This document shows positions 1 to 8,190 of a stretch of 64,000 nt of DNA, in pieces; the first letter of the stretch is position 1, and every line of letters begins with the position of its first letter. Both the position numbers and the translations under genes were made by a program. The notes beneath the pieces are model-generated. The model worked only from the letters and a program-made list of their open reading frames with translations. It did not search any database and was not told the origin of the DNA. The DNA is from Eubacteriales bacterium (GTDB taxonomy: Bacteria > Bacillota > Clostridia > Christensenellales > CAG-138), in the NCBI GenBank assembly GCA_035446965.1, contig DAOTGE010000007.1, positions 1,270 to 65,269 of the forward strand, in the 5' to 3' direction.

Positions 1-1
1 G

Positions 2-460
2 CGCGCATGGCATGTCGGCGGCACGGGGCTCGGCGGCGGAGCGCTCAAAGGGCTCAGCGGCAGGATGTGCGGCACGGACGACATGGAGGAACTCCAGCGG
101 CTTGCGGCCGGGGGCGATCTGCACGAAATCGACCTGCAGCTCATGGACGTCTGCGAGGGCACAATTTCCAACCTCACGCCGGACACGACCGTGGCCAACA
201 TGGCCAAACTCACCGCGAATTCCGGGAAGGAAGACGCGGCGGCCGGGCTCTGCAACCTGATTTTCCAGACGATCGGGCTGATGGCAGCGTTTGCCGTCAA
301 GCGGCATTTTACAAAAACCATCGTGCTTGTCGGCACCATTACCGACTGGCCGATTGCAAGGCGCAGCCTCGACGAAGTGGCCGCGCTGCATAACGTTCGG
401 TTTATTATCCCCGACCATGCGGCGTTCGCAACGGCGATTGGCGCGGCACTGGCGGAGTAG
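2..460 (+). CDS. type II pantothenate kinase-like protein (CoaW/fumble family), C-terminal part; 5' end outside window
   Basis: ORF is open to the window edge in frame 2 (RAWHVGGTGLGGGALKGL...). The glycine-rich GGTGLGGG motif and the C-terminal ...AAFATAIGAALAE resemble ASKHA-fold type II PanK. It ends 8 nt before hom. Confidence 0.5.
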   Translation, partial: RAWHVGGTGLGGGALKGLSGRMCGTDDMEELQRLAAGGDLHEIDLQLMDVCEGTISNLTPDTTVANMAKLTANSGKEDAAAGLCNLIFQTIGLMAAFAVKRHFTKTIVLVGTITDWPIARRSLDEVAALHNVRFIIPDHAAFATAIGAALAE

Positions 461-468
461 GAGGAAGA

Positions 469-1758
469 GTGAAACAGTATCAGGCAGCCATTTTGGGCTT
501 TGGAACGGTCGGCAGCGGCGTATACCGCGTGCTGACGGAAAACGGGAAACAGATTACGCACCGCGAAGGCATCGAAATCGCGGTCAAGCGGATTCTTGTG
601 CGCGATTTTGAGCACGAGCCGAACCTCGGCCTTGCGCCGCGGGACGTGTTTACAACATCATTTGACGATATCGCCGCCGATAAGGATATCGGCATTGTGA
701 TCGAGTGCATGGGCGGCATCGAGCCGGCGCGCACGTTTATCCTCAAGGCGCTCGGAGCGGGCAAGACCGTCGTCACATCCAACAAGGAGGTCATGAGCAA
801 GCACTGGCCGGAATTCGAGCAGGCCGCCAAGGCCACCGGCGCGGGGCTGTATCTCGAGGCGACCGTCGGCGGCGGCATTCCGATTTTGCGAACGATCCTC
901 AACTCCATGCAGGCCAACAACATCTCCCGCGTGATGGGCATCATCAACGGGACGACGAATTATATCCTCACGCAGATGACCGAGTGCGGCCAGAGCTTCG
1001 AGGACGCGCTCAGAGACGCGCAGAGACTCGGTTACGCGGAGGCCAACCCCACGGCGGACGTGGAGGGCTACGACGCCATGTACAAGCTCTCCATCCTTTC
1101 CTCGATGGCGTTCCATGCGCATATGCCCATCGAGGTGATCTACCGCGAGGGCATCACAAAGCTGACCAAGGCGGATTTTGAAACCGCACAGCTGCTCGGC
1201 TACCAGATCAAGCTGCTGGCCATCGGCAAGAAGGAAGGCAACCGCATCGAGGTGCGCGTGCATCCGACGATGATCCCGGCGGAGCACCCGCTTGCGAGCG
1301 TGCGCGGCGTGTTCAACGCGATTTTCCTCACCGGCAACGCGGTGGACGACGTGATGCTCTACGGGCGCGGTGCGGGCTGTCTGCCGACGGCGAGCGCCGT
1401 CGTAAGCGACGTAATCTATGCCTGCCATGCCGAAAACAAGCATCAGTACATGACGTTCTTCAACAGCGCGAACATGAGCAGCGAAATTGAGCTGGTCAGG
1501 GATTTTGCCTGCACCTACTGCGTGCGGCTGCACGTTGCGGACCAACCCGGCACGATGGCTGCGATTGCGGGCGTTTTTGCCGAGCACGGCGTGTCGCTCA
1601 AAAGCGTCGTCCAGCTGGGTCAGTCGGACGGCGAGAGTTCGCATATTACGTTTTTAACGCATCTTGCGCACGAATTCGCCGTTCACGAAGCGCTGGAAGA
1701 GATTCGTTCGCTGGACTGCGTGGACGAAATCGAAAGCCTGATCCGCGTGGAGGATTAA
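469..1758 (+). CDS. hom: homoserine dehydrogenase
   Basis: 429-aa ORF with N-terminal Rossmann GFGTVGSG, a central catalytic region (GIINGTTNYIL, LGYAEANPTADVEG) and a C-terminal ACT-like domain. GTG start follows GAGGAAG. Confidence 0.9.
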   Translation: MKQYQAAILGFGTVGSGVYRVLTENGKQITHREGIEIAVKRILVRDFEHEPNLGLAPRDVFTTSFDDIAADKDIGIVIECMGGIEPARTFILKALGAGKTVVTSNKEVMSKHWPEFEQAAKATGAGLYLEATVGGGIPILRTILNSMQANNISRVMGIINGTTNYILTQMTECGQSFEDALRDAQRLGYAEANPTADVEGYDAMYKLSILSSMAFHAHMPIEVIYREGITKLTKADFETAQLLGYQIKLLAIGKKEGNRIEVRVHPTMIPAEHPLASVRGVFNAIFLTGNAVDDVMLYGRGAGCLPTASAVVSDVIYACHAENKHQYMTFFNSANMSSEIELVRDFACTYCVRLHVADQPGTMAAIAGVFAEHGVSLKSVVQLGQSDGESSHITFLTHLAHEFAVHEALEEIRSLDCVDEIESLIRVED

Positions 1759-1780
1759 CGCGCCAAAAGCGAAATAACAC

Positions 1781-1809
1781 TTGCAATGAACCTTCAGCTT
1801 CGCTATAAT
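1781..1809 (+). promoter_or_regulatory. sigma-A type promoter for tRNA-Thr
   Basis: TTGCAA, 17-nt spacer, TATAAT. It lies 14 nt upstream of the mature tRNA 5' end. Confidence 0.7.
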
Positions 1810-1822
1810 GTTCGTTGCGAGC

Positions 1823-1899
1823 GCTGGTGTAGCTCAGTCGGTAGAGCGCGTCATTGGTAATGACGAGGTTCATGGGTCCGATTCCCATCACCAGCTCCA
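1823..1899 (+). tRNA. tRNA-Thr (anticodon GGU), CCA encoded
   Basis: Acceptor GCTGGTG/CACCAGC, D arm GCTC-AGTCGGTA-GAGC, anticodon arm CGTCA-TTGGTAA-TGACG, T arm ATGGG-TCCGATT-CCCAT, then T-CCA. The variable region is 6 nt and the T loop reads UCCGAUU, which is slightly atypical. Confidence 0.85.
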
Positions 1900-1907
1900 T
1901 GAAACGG

Positions 1908-1938
1908 AAAACGCACCCCGATTTGGGGTGCGTTTTAC
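1908..1938 (+). terminator. intrinsic terminator after tRNA-Thr
   Basis: Hairpin acgcacccc-gattt-ggggtgcgt followed by TTTT. Confidence 0.8.
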
Positions 1939-2045
1939 TGTGAAAATCCGATGAAATATCGCAGGAACCGACAAACTCCGTCATTTGCGGCATCGAGGGA
2001 AATGATATAATTTTACTAAAGCTGAACGTAAAGGAGGTTCTCCAT

Positions 2046-2258
2046 ATGTCCCGGACACCAGCACCCGATGAAAACACGCGATATGAGAACTGGAACGGCG
2101 TTGTGCGTGAAGCCGAAAGCCTGTATCAAAAAGCGGTAGATGCCGAAGGCGAGCGACGCGAATATTTTCTCCGGCAGGCGATGAACGTTCTCGATGGAGT
2201 TCCCGATGCGCATCCGGACAAAGCAGGTCTGGCAAAGCGAATCCGATATATGCTTTAA
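2046..2258 (+). CDS. hypothetical small protein (70 aa)
   Basis: ATG is preceded by AAGGAGG at good spacing and a terminator hairpin follows. I recognise no family. Confidence 0.5.
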   Translation: MSRTPAPDENTRYENWNGVVREAESLYQKAVDAEGERREYFLRQAMNVLDGVPDAHPDKAGLAKRIRYML

Positions 2259-2281
2259 AAATTGCGCAGGACGTTAGCAAG

Positions 2282-2316
2282 GACCCCGACCACAAAACAG
2301 GGCCGGGGTCTTTTGT
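2282..2316 (+). terminator. intrinsic terminator (hairpin shared by convergent genes)
   Basis: gaccccg...cggggtc stem followed by TTTTGTTG. Confidence 0.6.
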
Positions 2317-2343
2317 TGTCCGACAATGAAATTTTGCCGGCGC

Positions 2344-3402
2344 TCAGTTTTCCTGTGTTTCGTCGTCTCGATCATCGCCGGGCTCGTTCGCGGAGGGTGC
2401 GCCGCCGTCCAGCAGCCGTTCGCATTCTGTTTCTTCCGCCGCGGCGCCGCCGTGCGGCTTCCTGCGGACCAGTTTCAAAACGGCGTATGTCAGCGCCGCG
2501 AACAGCGTTATAATGCCGATATACTGCGCAACCAGCAGCAGTGCGCCGGACAGGGAACCGCTCTCGCCGCCGTTTCCATTGCCGTTGCCGTTGCCGTTGC
2601 CGTCGCCAAGACCCTCCCCGCGTCCGTTGCCATGCCCGCCGGAGCCGGCGTAGTCGTCGCCGGACGGTGCACTCGGCGTGCTGCCGTCCTGCTGCGCGTC
2701 GTTATCGGCAGGCGAAGGGACCGGCAGGTTGGATTCCGTGCCGGCGTCCGGCAGTTCGCTCAAGTCCATCGGCCGCTGTTCGTCGGCGCCGTCCAGCGCG
2801 ATGTCCCCGCTCGGCGAAAACGTCGCGTGCGAGATGCTTGCGGCCTGAATCGGCGCGGTCAGGAACGAAACAAAGCTGGAGGAATACAGGCTGTATCCGC
2901 CGAAGAGGACGGCCGCGGTCAGCACGGCGGCCAGGGTGATTTTTGCCGCTTTGCCCGCGCTCTTTTTCAGCAGTTTGCCGAAGATATAGTCCGCGTGGAG
3001 GCCGAGATGAACGCCCATCAGGATTACGCTCAGCGCGGCGGAGAAATAGTGCAGCGTTTTAAAATTGCCCGTCACATGGAAGGAGAAAACAACCTTGCTG
3101 ATCAGAACGCCGGTGATGCCGACGGTTAACAGCGCAAGCAACAGCAACGCGTCCACGATATAGCATGCGCGCGCGTGAATTCCGGTCGATTTGGAAAACA
3201 GGCGCTTCGTGACCGCGCCGATCCACCTGGCGTTAAAGAGCAGGTGGATCACGACAAGGCCGACCAGCGCCAGCCCGCCGACCTCGTGGAACGTCAGGCT
3301 GATTACCTGTTTGCGATACATCAATATTAACAAGACGAGCATGACCGCATCGAAAATCAGTTTCCAACTGCGTTTCTGTTTCGCGGTGAGGCCGGATTTC
3401 AT
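2344..3402 (-). CDS. DUF4405-like (cytochrome b-type 4-TM) membrane protein with a long acidic and Gly/Asn-rich C-terminal extension and a terminal TM helix
   Basis: Start chosen at MKSGLTAKQKRSW (AAGGGGG RBS). The TM block has conserved His (FHEVGG, VIHLLFNARW, HLGLHADY). The C-terminal part holds GNGNGNGNGNG and a final TM. The upstream part of the 385-aa track ORF has no RBS. Confidence 0.6.
   Translation of the reverse strand: MKSGLTAKQKRSWKLIFDAVMLVLLILMYRKQVISLTFHEVGGLALVGLVVIHLLFNARWIGAVTKRLFSKSTGIHARACYIVDALLLLALLTVGITGVLISKVVFSFHVTGNFKTLHYFSAALSVILMGVHLGLHADYIFGKLLKKSAGKAAKITLAAVLTAAVLFGGYSLYSSSFVSFLTAPIQAASISHATFSPSGDIALDGADEQRPMDLSELPDAGTESNLPVPSPADNDAQQDGSTPSAPSGDDYAGSGGHGNGRGEGLGDGNGNGNGNGNGGESGSLSGALLLVAQYIGIITLFAALTYAVLKLVRRKPHGGAAAEETECERLLDGGAPSANEPGDDRDDETQEN
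2569..2607. repeat. in-frame tandem hexanucleotide repeat (GCCGTT)n encoding (Gly-Asn)n on the minus strand
   Basis: gccgttgccgttgccgttgcc plus degenerate flanking units, inside the DUF4405-like CDS. Confidence 0.8.
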
Positions 3403-3508
3403 AGGTTGAAGAACCCCCTTCTTACTTATGATCTCAGCATACCGTGCAATCGTGCGGCGGCGGTGGACGGATTGCGACATTCGTTTGTCAAATTGTAGCA
3501 AACCGCGC

Positions 3509-3533
3509 GAAAAAACCGCCCGGAAAGGGCGGC
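3509..3533 (-). terminator. intrinsic terminator of the MarR/Spt-like/SDR operon
   Basis: Minus strand reads gccgccc-tttcc-gggcgg followed by TTTTTT. Confidence 0.75.
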
Positions 3534-3613
3534 ATTAGGCCGTAAATCAAGGGAATGCGCTGAGCCTCCGCCTCCAAGCCACCGCTTGTGGCCGATACGA
3601 CCCCAAGACCCCA
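3534..3613 (-). repeat. intergenic repeat family B, copy B1
   Basis: Minus strand reads ggggtcttggggtcgtatcggccacaagcggtggcttggaggcggaggctcagc.... This matches 51441-51518 and 58413-58490 (core cggtgg[ct]ttggag[ga]cgg[ag]g). It directly abuts the terminator. Confidence 0.7.
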
Positions 3614-3644
3614 ATTTTAAGCGTTCCGGCGGGTTGCGGCGCCC

Positions 3645-4433
3645 TCAGCGATAAATCAGCCCGACCAGCGCGTTGGTCCAGGTTGCGGGCAATACCTTCG
3701 CGAGGAAAACGAAAAGCCGGTAGGAAGCGCCAACCGTGCGAAACGCGCGCGGGCTGCGCTCGGTCGCCGCGTGCAGAATCGCCCTTGCGACCTTTTCCGG
3801 CGGCATGCCGGTTTGCTCGTCGTGCTCCATAACGGCAACGGCGTGTTCGAGCGCTTTGCCGTAAACGTTCTCGCCGGCCGCGCTTTTTCTCCGCGCGGCG
3901 GTGAAGCCGGTCTTCACATCCCCGGGAAGCACGGCGCAGACCTTGACGCCGAAAGGCTTTACTTCGTTTCGCAGCGCCAGCGTCAGCGAATTGACCGCCG
4001 CCTTGGTTGCGGAGTAGAACGACTGAAACGGAATGGCGATCGGCGCGGCGACGGAACTGACGTTCACGATATGCCCGCTTTTCGCCGCCCGCATGGACGG
4101 CAGCACGGCCTGGATGCAGTTGAGCGCGCCGAAGAAATTGACCTCAAGCTGCGCGTGCGCGTCGGCGGGGTCTGTGAACTCCGCCGCGCCGGAAATGCCG
4201 AAACCCGCGTTGTTGACGAGCAGGTCTATTTGCCCCTCTTTCTGCAGGATGTGCTCCACGGCGGCCTGCACCTGCGCAGGGATCGTCACGTCAGCCGTGA
4301 TATGCAGAATCGCGCCGTCGTCCGCTTCCCTGCGGGAAAGCTCGTATACGGTGTAACCGTTTTGCAGCAACAGGTCTGCCGTGGCTTTGCCGATGCCGCT
4401 GCTGCCGCCCGTGATCATGCATACGCGCTTCAC
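3645..4433 (-). CDS. classical short-chain dehydrogenase/reductase (candidate 3-ketosphinganine-type reductase)
   Basis: GTG start after GGGGAGG, overlapping the upstream stop (GTGA). Motifs TGGSSGIGKA, NNAG and YSATKAA (YxxxK). The extra N-terminus of the track ORF overlaps the upstream gene. Confidence 0.85.
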   Translation of the reverse strand: MKRVCMITGGSSGIGKATADLLLQNGYTVYELSRREADDGAILHITADVTIPAQVQAAVEHILQKEGQIDLLVNNAGFGISGAAEFTDPADAHAQLEVNFFGALNCIQAVLPSMRAAKSGHIVNVSSVAAPIAIPFQSFYSATKAAVNSLTLALRNEVKPFGVKVCAVLPGDVKTGFTAARRKSAAGENVYGKALEHAVAVMEHDEQTGMPPEKVARAILHAATERSPRAFRTVGASYRLFVFLAKVLPATWTNALVGLIYR

Positions 4434-5608
4434 AGCGTTTCCTCCCCGAGCACGCCCGCCATGATGTCCATCGCCTCGTCGAGCAGCGGTTCGGTGAGCG
4501 TCGCCATATAGCTCGTGCGCAGCAGGCATTCTGTTGCGGGCGTTGCCGGCGGCAGGACGGGGTTGACGTACACGCCCGCTTCGTAAAGTTTCTTGGCGAT
4601 GACCAGCGTCCGCGTGGCTTCGTACGTATAGATCGGGATGATCGGCACCTCGGTGTACTTATGCGGGATTTCGCGTTCGCTCAGCCCGGACTGCGTATAC
4701 ATGCAGATATCGTGCAGGCGCTTCACGCGCTGGGGTTCCTTTTCAAGCACACGCAGCGCGGCCAGCGCACAGGCGCAGTTGGCCGGCGTCATGGAAGCCG
4801 AGAAAATGAAAGGACGCGAAGTATGCCGCACATATTCGGCCACGACTTCGCTGGAGGCCATATAGCCGCCCAGGCTGGCGAGCGATTTGCTGAACGTGCC
4901 CATGTAGATGTCGACCTCGTCGGCGAGGCCGAAATAGTCCGCCGTGCCGCGGCCGCCGTTGCCGACCACGCCGAGACCGTGCGCGTCGTCCACCATGACC
5001 CGCGCGCCGAACTCCTTTGCCAGCGCGACGATTTCCGGCAGTTTGGCGATGTCGCCGCCCATGCTGAACACGCCGTCGGTGACGATGAGCCGCCCGGCGC
5101 TCTCCGGGATTTTTTCAAGCGTGCGGCGCAGGTCGTCCATGTCGCTGTGCCGGTAGCGCACCATGGTCCCGTAGGAGAGTTTGCAGCCGTCGTAGATGCT
5201 CGCGTGGTTTTCCTTGTCGCAGACCACATAGTCGCTGCGGCCGACCAGCGCGCTGATGATGCCGAGGTTGCTCTGAAAGCCGGTGGAAAACGTCACGACC
5301 GCCTCCTTGTTCAGGAAACGCGCCAACTCGTCTTCAAGCTCCAGGTGCATGCGCAGCGTGCCGTTGAGGAAGCGTGAACCGGAGCAGCCGCTGCCGTAGC
5401 GTTCCAGCGCACGGATGCCGGCCTCGATTACCTCCGGATGGATGGTCAGCCCGAGATAGTTGTTGGAGCCGAGCATGATGCGGCGCTTGCCTTCCATCAT
5501 GACCTCGACGTCCTGTCGGGATTCAAGCGCGTGAAAATACGGATAAAGCCCCGCTTCACGCGCTTCTTTTACCGCGGTGTTCCGATAACATTTTTCAAAC
5601 AGGTCCAT
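4430..5608 (-). CDS. alpha-oxoamine synthase family PLP enzyme, serine palmitoyltransferase-like
   Basis: Start at MDLFEKCY (GGGGGG RBS). Motifs GLYPYF, GSNNYLGL, GSGCSGSRFLNGT, DGVFSMGGD, DDAHGLG, GTFSKSLASLGG (PLP lysine) and NPVLPPATP. The GTFSKS and YPYF signatures fit Spt better than BioF or KBL. Confidence 0.8.
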   Translation of the reverse strand: MDLFEKCYRNTAVKEAREAGLYPYFHALESRQDVEVMMEGKRRIMLGSNNYLGLTIHPEVIEAGIRALERYGSGCSGSRFLNGTLRMHLELEDELARFLNKEAVVTFSTGFQSNLGIISALVGRSDYVVCDKENHASIYDGCKLSYGTMVRYRHSDMDDLRRTLEKIPESAGRLIVTDGVFSMGGDIAKLPEIVALAKEFGARVMVDDAHGLGVVGNGGRGTADYFGLADEVDIYMGTFSKSLASLGGYMASSEVVAEYVRHTSRPFIFSASMTPANCACALAALRVLEKEPQRVKRLHDICMYTQSGLSEREIPHKYTEVPIIPIYTYEATRTLVIAKKLYEAGVYVNPVLPPATPATECLLRTSYMATLTEPLLDEAMDIMAGVLGEETL

Positions 5609-5674
5609 GAAAAACCCCCCAGGTTCTGTCTGCCGCGGAAGCAATGCCGCGGCGGGTCGTTGTGTTCCCGGCCG

Positions 5675-6127
5675 TTATGCGTTTGCGGCGAGGCAGCGGT
5701 TCAGCTTTTGAAAGAGCCGCAGAAACAGGGCGGCCTCCGCTTCTGAAAACGAAGAGAGCGCGGAAGAAACCGCGCCGTCCACGTCCGGAAGCTGCCGTCC
5801 GTAGTAGTCCATGAATTTTTCGGTTACGCAGAGATGCGCTTCCCGGCGGTCGCTGTCGCTGCCGACGCGCTCAAGATATCCTTTTTGCACGAGAGCGGCA
5901 ACCTTGTAGGATGCGTTCGGCTGCGAAATGCCCAGGAAGCCGGCAAACTCGCCAACCGTCGGATGATCGAGCAGATAGATTACCTCTACGGAAAACGCCT
6001 CCGTTGCGCTCAGGCTGCCGGCCTTTTCCTTCAGCTGATTGAAGAGGTTGCGATAGTGCCGCAGGCGGAGGTTTCGGTACAATTCGGACACCGAATCGCC
6101 AAGCAGATTGGATGAAATAAAAACCAC
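5675..6127 (-). CDS. MarR family transcriptional regulator
   Basis: 150-aa winged-helix pattern (GEFAGFLGISQPNASYKVAALVQKGYLER...DRREAHL). GTG start after GGAAAGGG. Confidence 0.85.
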   Translation of the reverse strand: MVFISSNLLGDSVSELYRNLRLRHYRNLFNQLKEKAGSLSATEAFSVEVIYLLDHPTVGEFAGFLGISQPNASYKVAALVQKGYLERVGSDSDRREAHLCVTEKFMDYYGRQLPDVDGAVSSALSSFSEAEAALFLRLFQKLNRCLAANA

Positions 6128-6141
6128 GCCCTTTCCAACGG

Positions 6142-6167
6142 AAATACATAAATATTTTTATGTATTT
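6142..6167. promoter_or_regulatory. inverted repeat, candidate MarR operator
   Basis: aaatacataa-atattt-ttatgtattt: perfect 10-bp arms, 15-40 nt upstream of the marR start. Confidence 0.5.
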
Positions 6168-6239
6168 TAGCAGAAAAAGACGTGGTTTGTCAATATAATT
6201 TGAACGTAGCGTTCAGATTTTACAGGCGTTTTACAATCG

Positions 6240-6791
6240 TTATTCGGGGATTTTCTCCGGTTCGCCAAAGTCCTCGCCAAAGGTTTCCACGCGGAGCTTT
6301 TTAATCTTTTGTTCGACGATCGGCTTGCTGCCGATGCCGGTCGCACAGGATGCGATGGCGTCCACAACGTCCATGCCCTCGACGACCATGCCGAACGCGG
6401 CATAATCCTTGTCGAGATATTCCGCGTCCGCATGCAGGATGAAAAACTGACTGCCAGCGGTGTCGTATGCGCTCGCGGGGTTATAAGGGTTGCCCTGCCG
6501 CGCCATGCTGACCACGCCGCGCTCGTGCGACAGGGGATTATGGAAATTGTTATTGGAAAATTCGCCCTTGATGCGATACCCCGGGCCGCCGGTGCCGGTG
6601 CCGGTCGGGTCGCCGCCCTGAATGACGAAGTTTTTTACCACGCGGTGAAAGACCGTGCCGTCGTAAAAGCCGCTGTTGGCAAGGGAAACGAAGTTTTTGA
6701 CCGTGTTGGGGGCGACGTCCTGATATAATTCCATTTTGATGACGCCGCCGTTGAGCATTTCGATGGTCGCTACGGGTACTTTGGTAACCAA
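6240..6791 (-). CDS. peptidylprolyl isomerase, cyclophilin type
   Basis: Motifs NFVSLANSGFYDGTVFHRV, GGDPTGTGTGGPGY, SMARQG, SQFFI. TTG start chosen because AGGAGG sits 8 nt upstream. An internal ATG (MLNGG) is an alternative start. Confidence 0.85.
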   Translation of the reverse strand: MVTKVPVATIEMLNGGVIKMELYQDVAPNTVKNFVSLANSGFYDGTVFHRVVKNFVIQGGDPTGTGTGGPGYRIKGEFSNNNFHNPLSHERGVVSMARQGNPYNPASAYDTAGSQFFILHADAEYLDKDYAAFGMVVEGMDVVDAIASCATGIGSKPIVEQKIKKLRVETFGEDFGEPEKIPE

Positions 6792-7153
6792 AAAACTGTC
6801 CTCCTGATAAAAATTTTCGGCGCGCCGGTTCGGGGGACAGAATCCACCGTGCCCGCGTGCCGGAACATGCGCTGCCGCACGGACGAAACAGACCGCCATA
6901 CATGCGCTGTTTTTGCCCGGCAGTACCTATTCTCGGCCAAATACGCGCGCTTGTCAATGGACGAAACCTGATTTTTCTATGAATGTTTTTGGAAGGAATT
7001 ACGCACTGTGGCGATATCCATGCTTTCGCTGGCCCGGCACACAGCAAGACGGCGTAATTTTGTGGAATTCCCAAGCGGGGAACGCGGACGGTGTGATACA
7101 ATATTCGATAAAGACGGCCTGTTACGGCAAAACAAAAATTTCGGAGGCTTACA

Positions 7154-8155
7154 ATGGCATACACGGCAAACGACGGGCGTTACGCGGCGATGACCTATCG
7201 CCGCTGCGGGAAGAGCGGGCTGAAGCTCCCGCTGCTTTCACTTGGCCTTTGGCATAATTTCGGCAGCGGCGACGACTACGCGAACATGAAGCGGATGTGC
7301 TTCTGCGCGTTCGATCAGGGCGTGACGCATTTTGACCTTGCGAACAACTACGGTCCGGTGCCCGGCAGCGCCGAAAGCAATTTCGGGCGGATCCTCCGAG
7401 AGGAGCTTTCCGCTTACCGGGACGAGCTTGTCGTCAGCACCAAAGCGGGGTATTACATGTGGCCGGGGCCGTACGGCGACCGCGGCAGCCGCAAATATCT
7501 GCTTTCCAGTCTCGACCAAAGTCTTAAAAGGCTCGGCCTTCCATATGTGGACGTCTTTTATCACCATCGCATGGACCCGGAAACGCCGCTGGAGGAAAGC
7601 ATGCTCGCGCTCGACACGGCGGTCAAGAGTGGGCGCGCGCTGTACGCGGGTATCTCAAATTACGACGCGCAGACCGCTCTGCGCGCGGTATCGATCCTGC
7701 AGGAACTGCACTGCCCGTTTGTGCTCAATCAGGTGCGCTATTCCATTTTCGACCGGCATATCGAGCCGGATGGGCTGCTGGAAGCGGCAAAGGAAGCGGG
7801 ATTCGGGATTATCACGTTCAGCCCGCTTGCGCAGGGACTTCTGACCGGGCGCTATCTCGACGGGATACCGGCGGACAGCCGCATCGGCAAGGGCGGACCA
7901 TTTTTAAAGCGCGAACAGCTGACACAGGCCAGGCTTATGCAGATCCACACGCTCAACGATATCGCCGCCGCGCGCGGACAGACGCTTTCGCAGATGGCGC
8001 TGAGCTGGGTCGTCCGCAGTGACGCCGTTACGAGCGTGCTCATCGGCGCGTCGTCGCCGGCGCAGATCACCGAAAATCTCGGCGTGCTGAACGCGCCGCC
8101 GTTTTCCGAAGAAGAGCTGGCGCAGATCGATGCAATTTCCCGTGAAAACGGATAA
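7154..8155 (+). CDS. aldo/keto reductase (YghZ / glyceraldehyde-3-phosphate reductase-like)
   Basis: 333 aa. Motifs YRRCGKSGLKLPLLSLGLWHNFG, FDLANNYG, HRMDPETP, ISNY. RBS is GGAGG. Confidence 0.85.
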   Translation: MAYTANDGRYAAMTYRRCGKSGLKLPLLSLGLWHNFGSGDDYANMKRMCFCAFDQGVTHFDLANNYGPVPGSAESNFGRILREELSAYRDELVVSTKAGYYMWPGPYGDRGSRKYLLSSLDQSLKRLGLPYVDVFYHHRMDPETPLEESMLALDTAVKSGRALYAGISNYDAQTALRAVSILQELHCPFVLNQVRYSIFDRHIEPDGLLEAAKEAGFGIITFSPLAQGLLTGRYLDGIPADSRIGKGGPFLKREQLTQARLMQIHTLNDIAAARGQTLSQMALSWVVRSDAVTSVLIGASSPAQITENLGVLNAPPFSEEELAQIDAISRENG

Positions 8156-8190
8156 ACGCCGCTTTTGCTGAGCGCGGAGGACGGGTGGCC

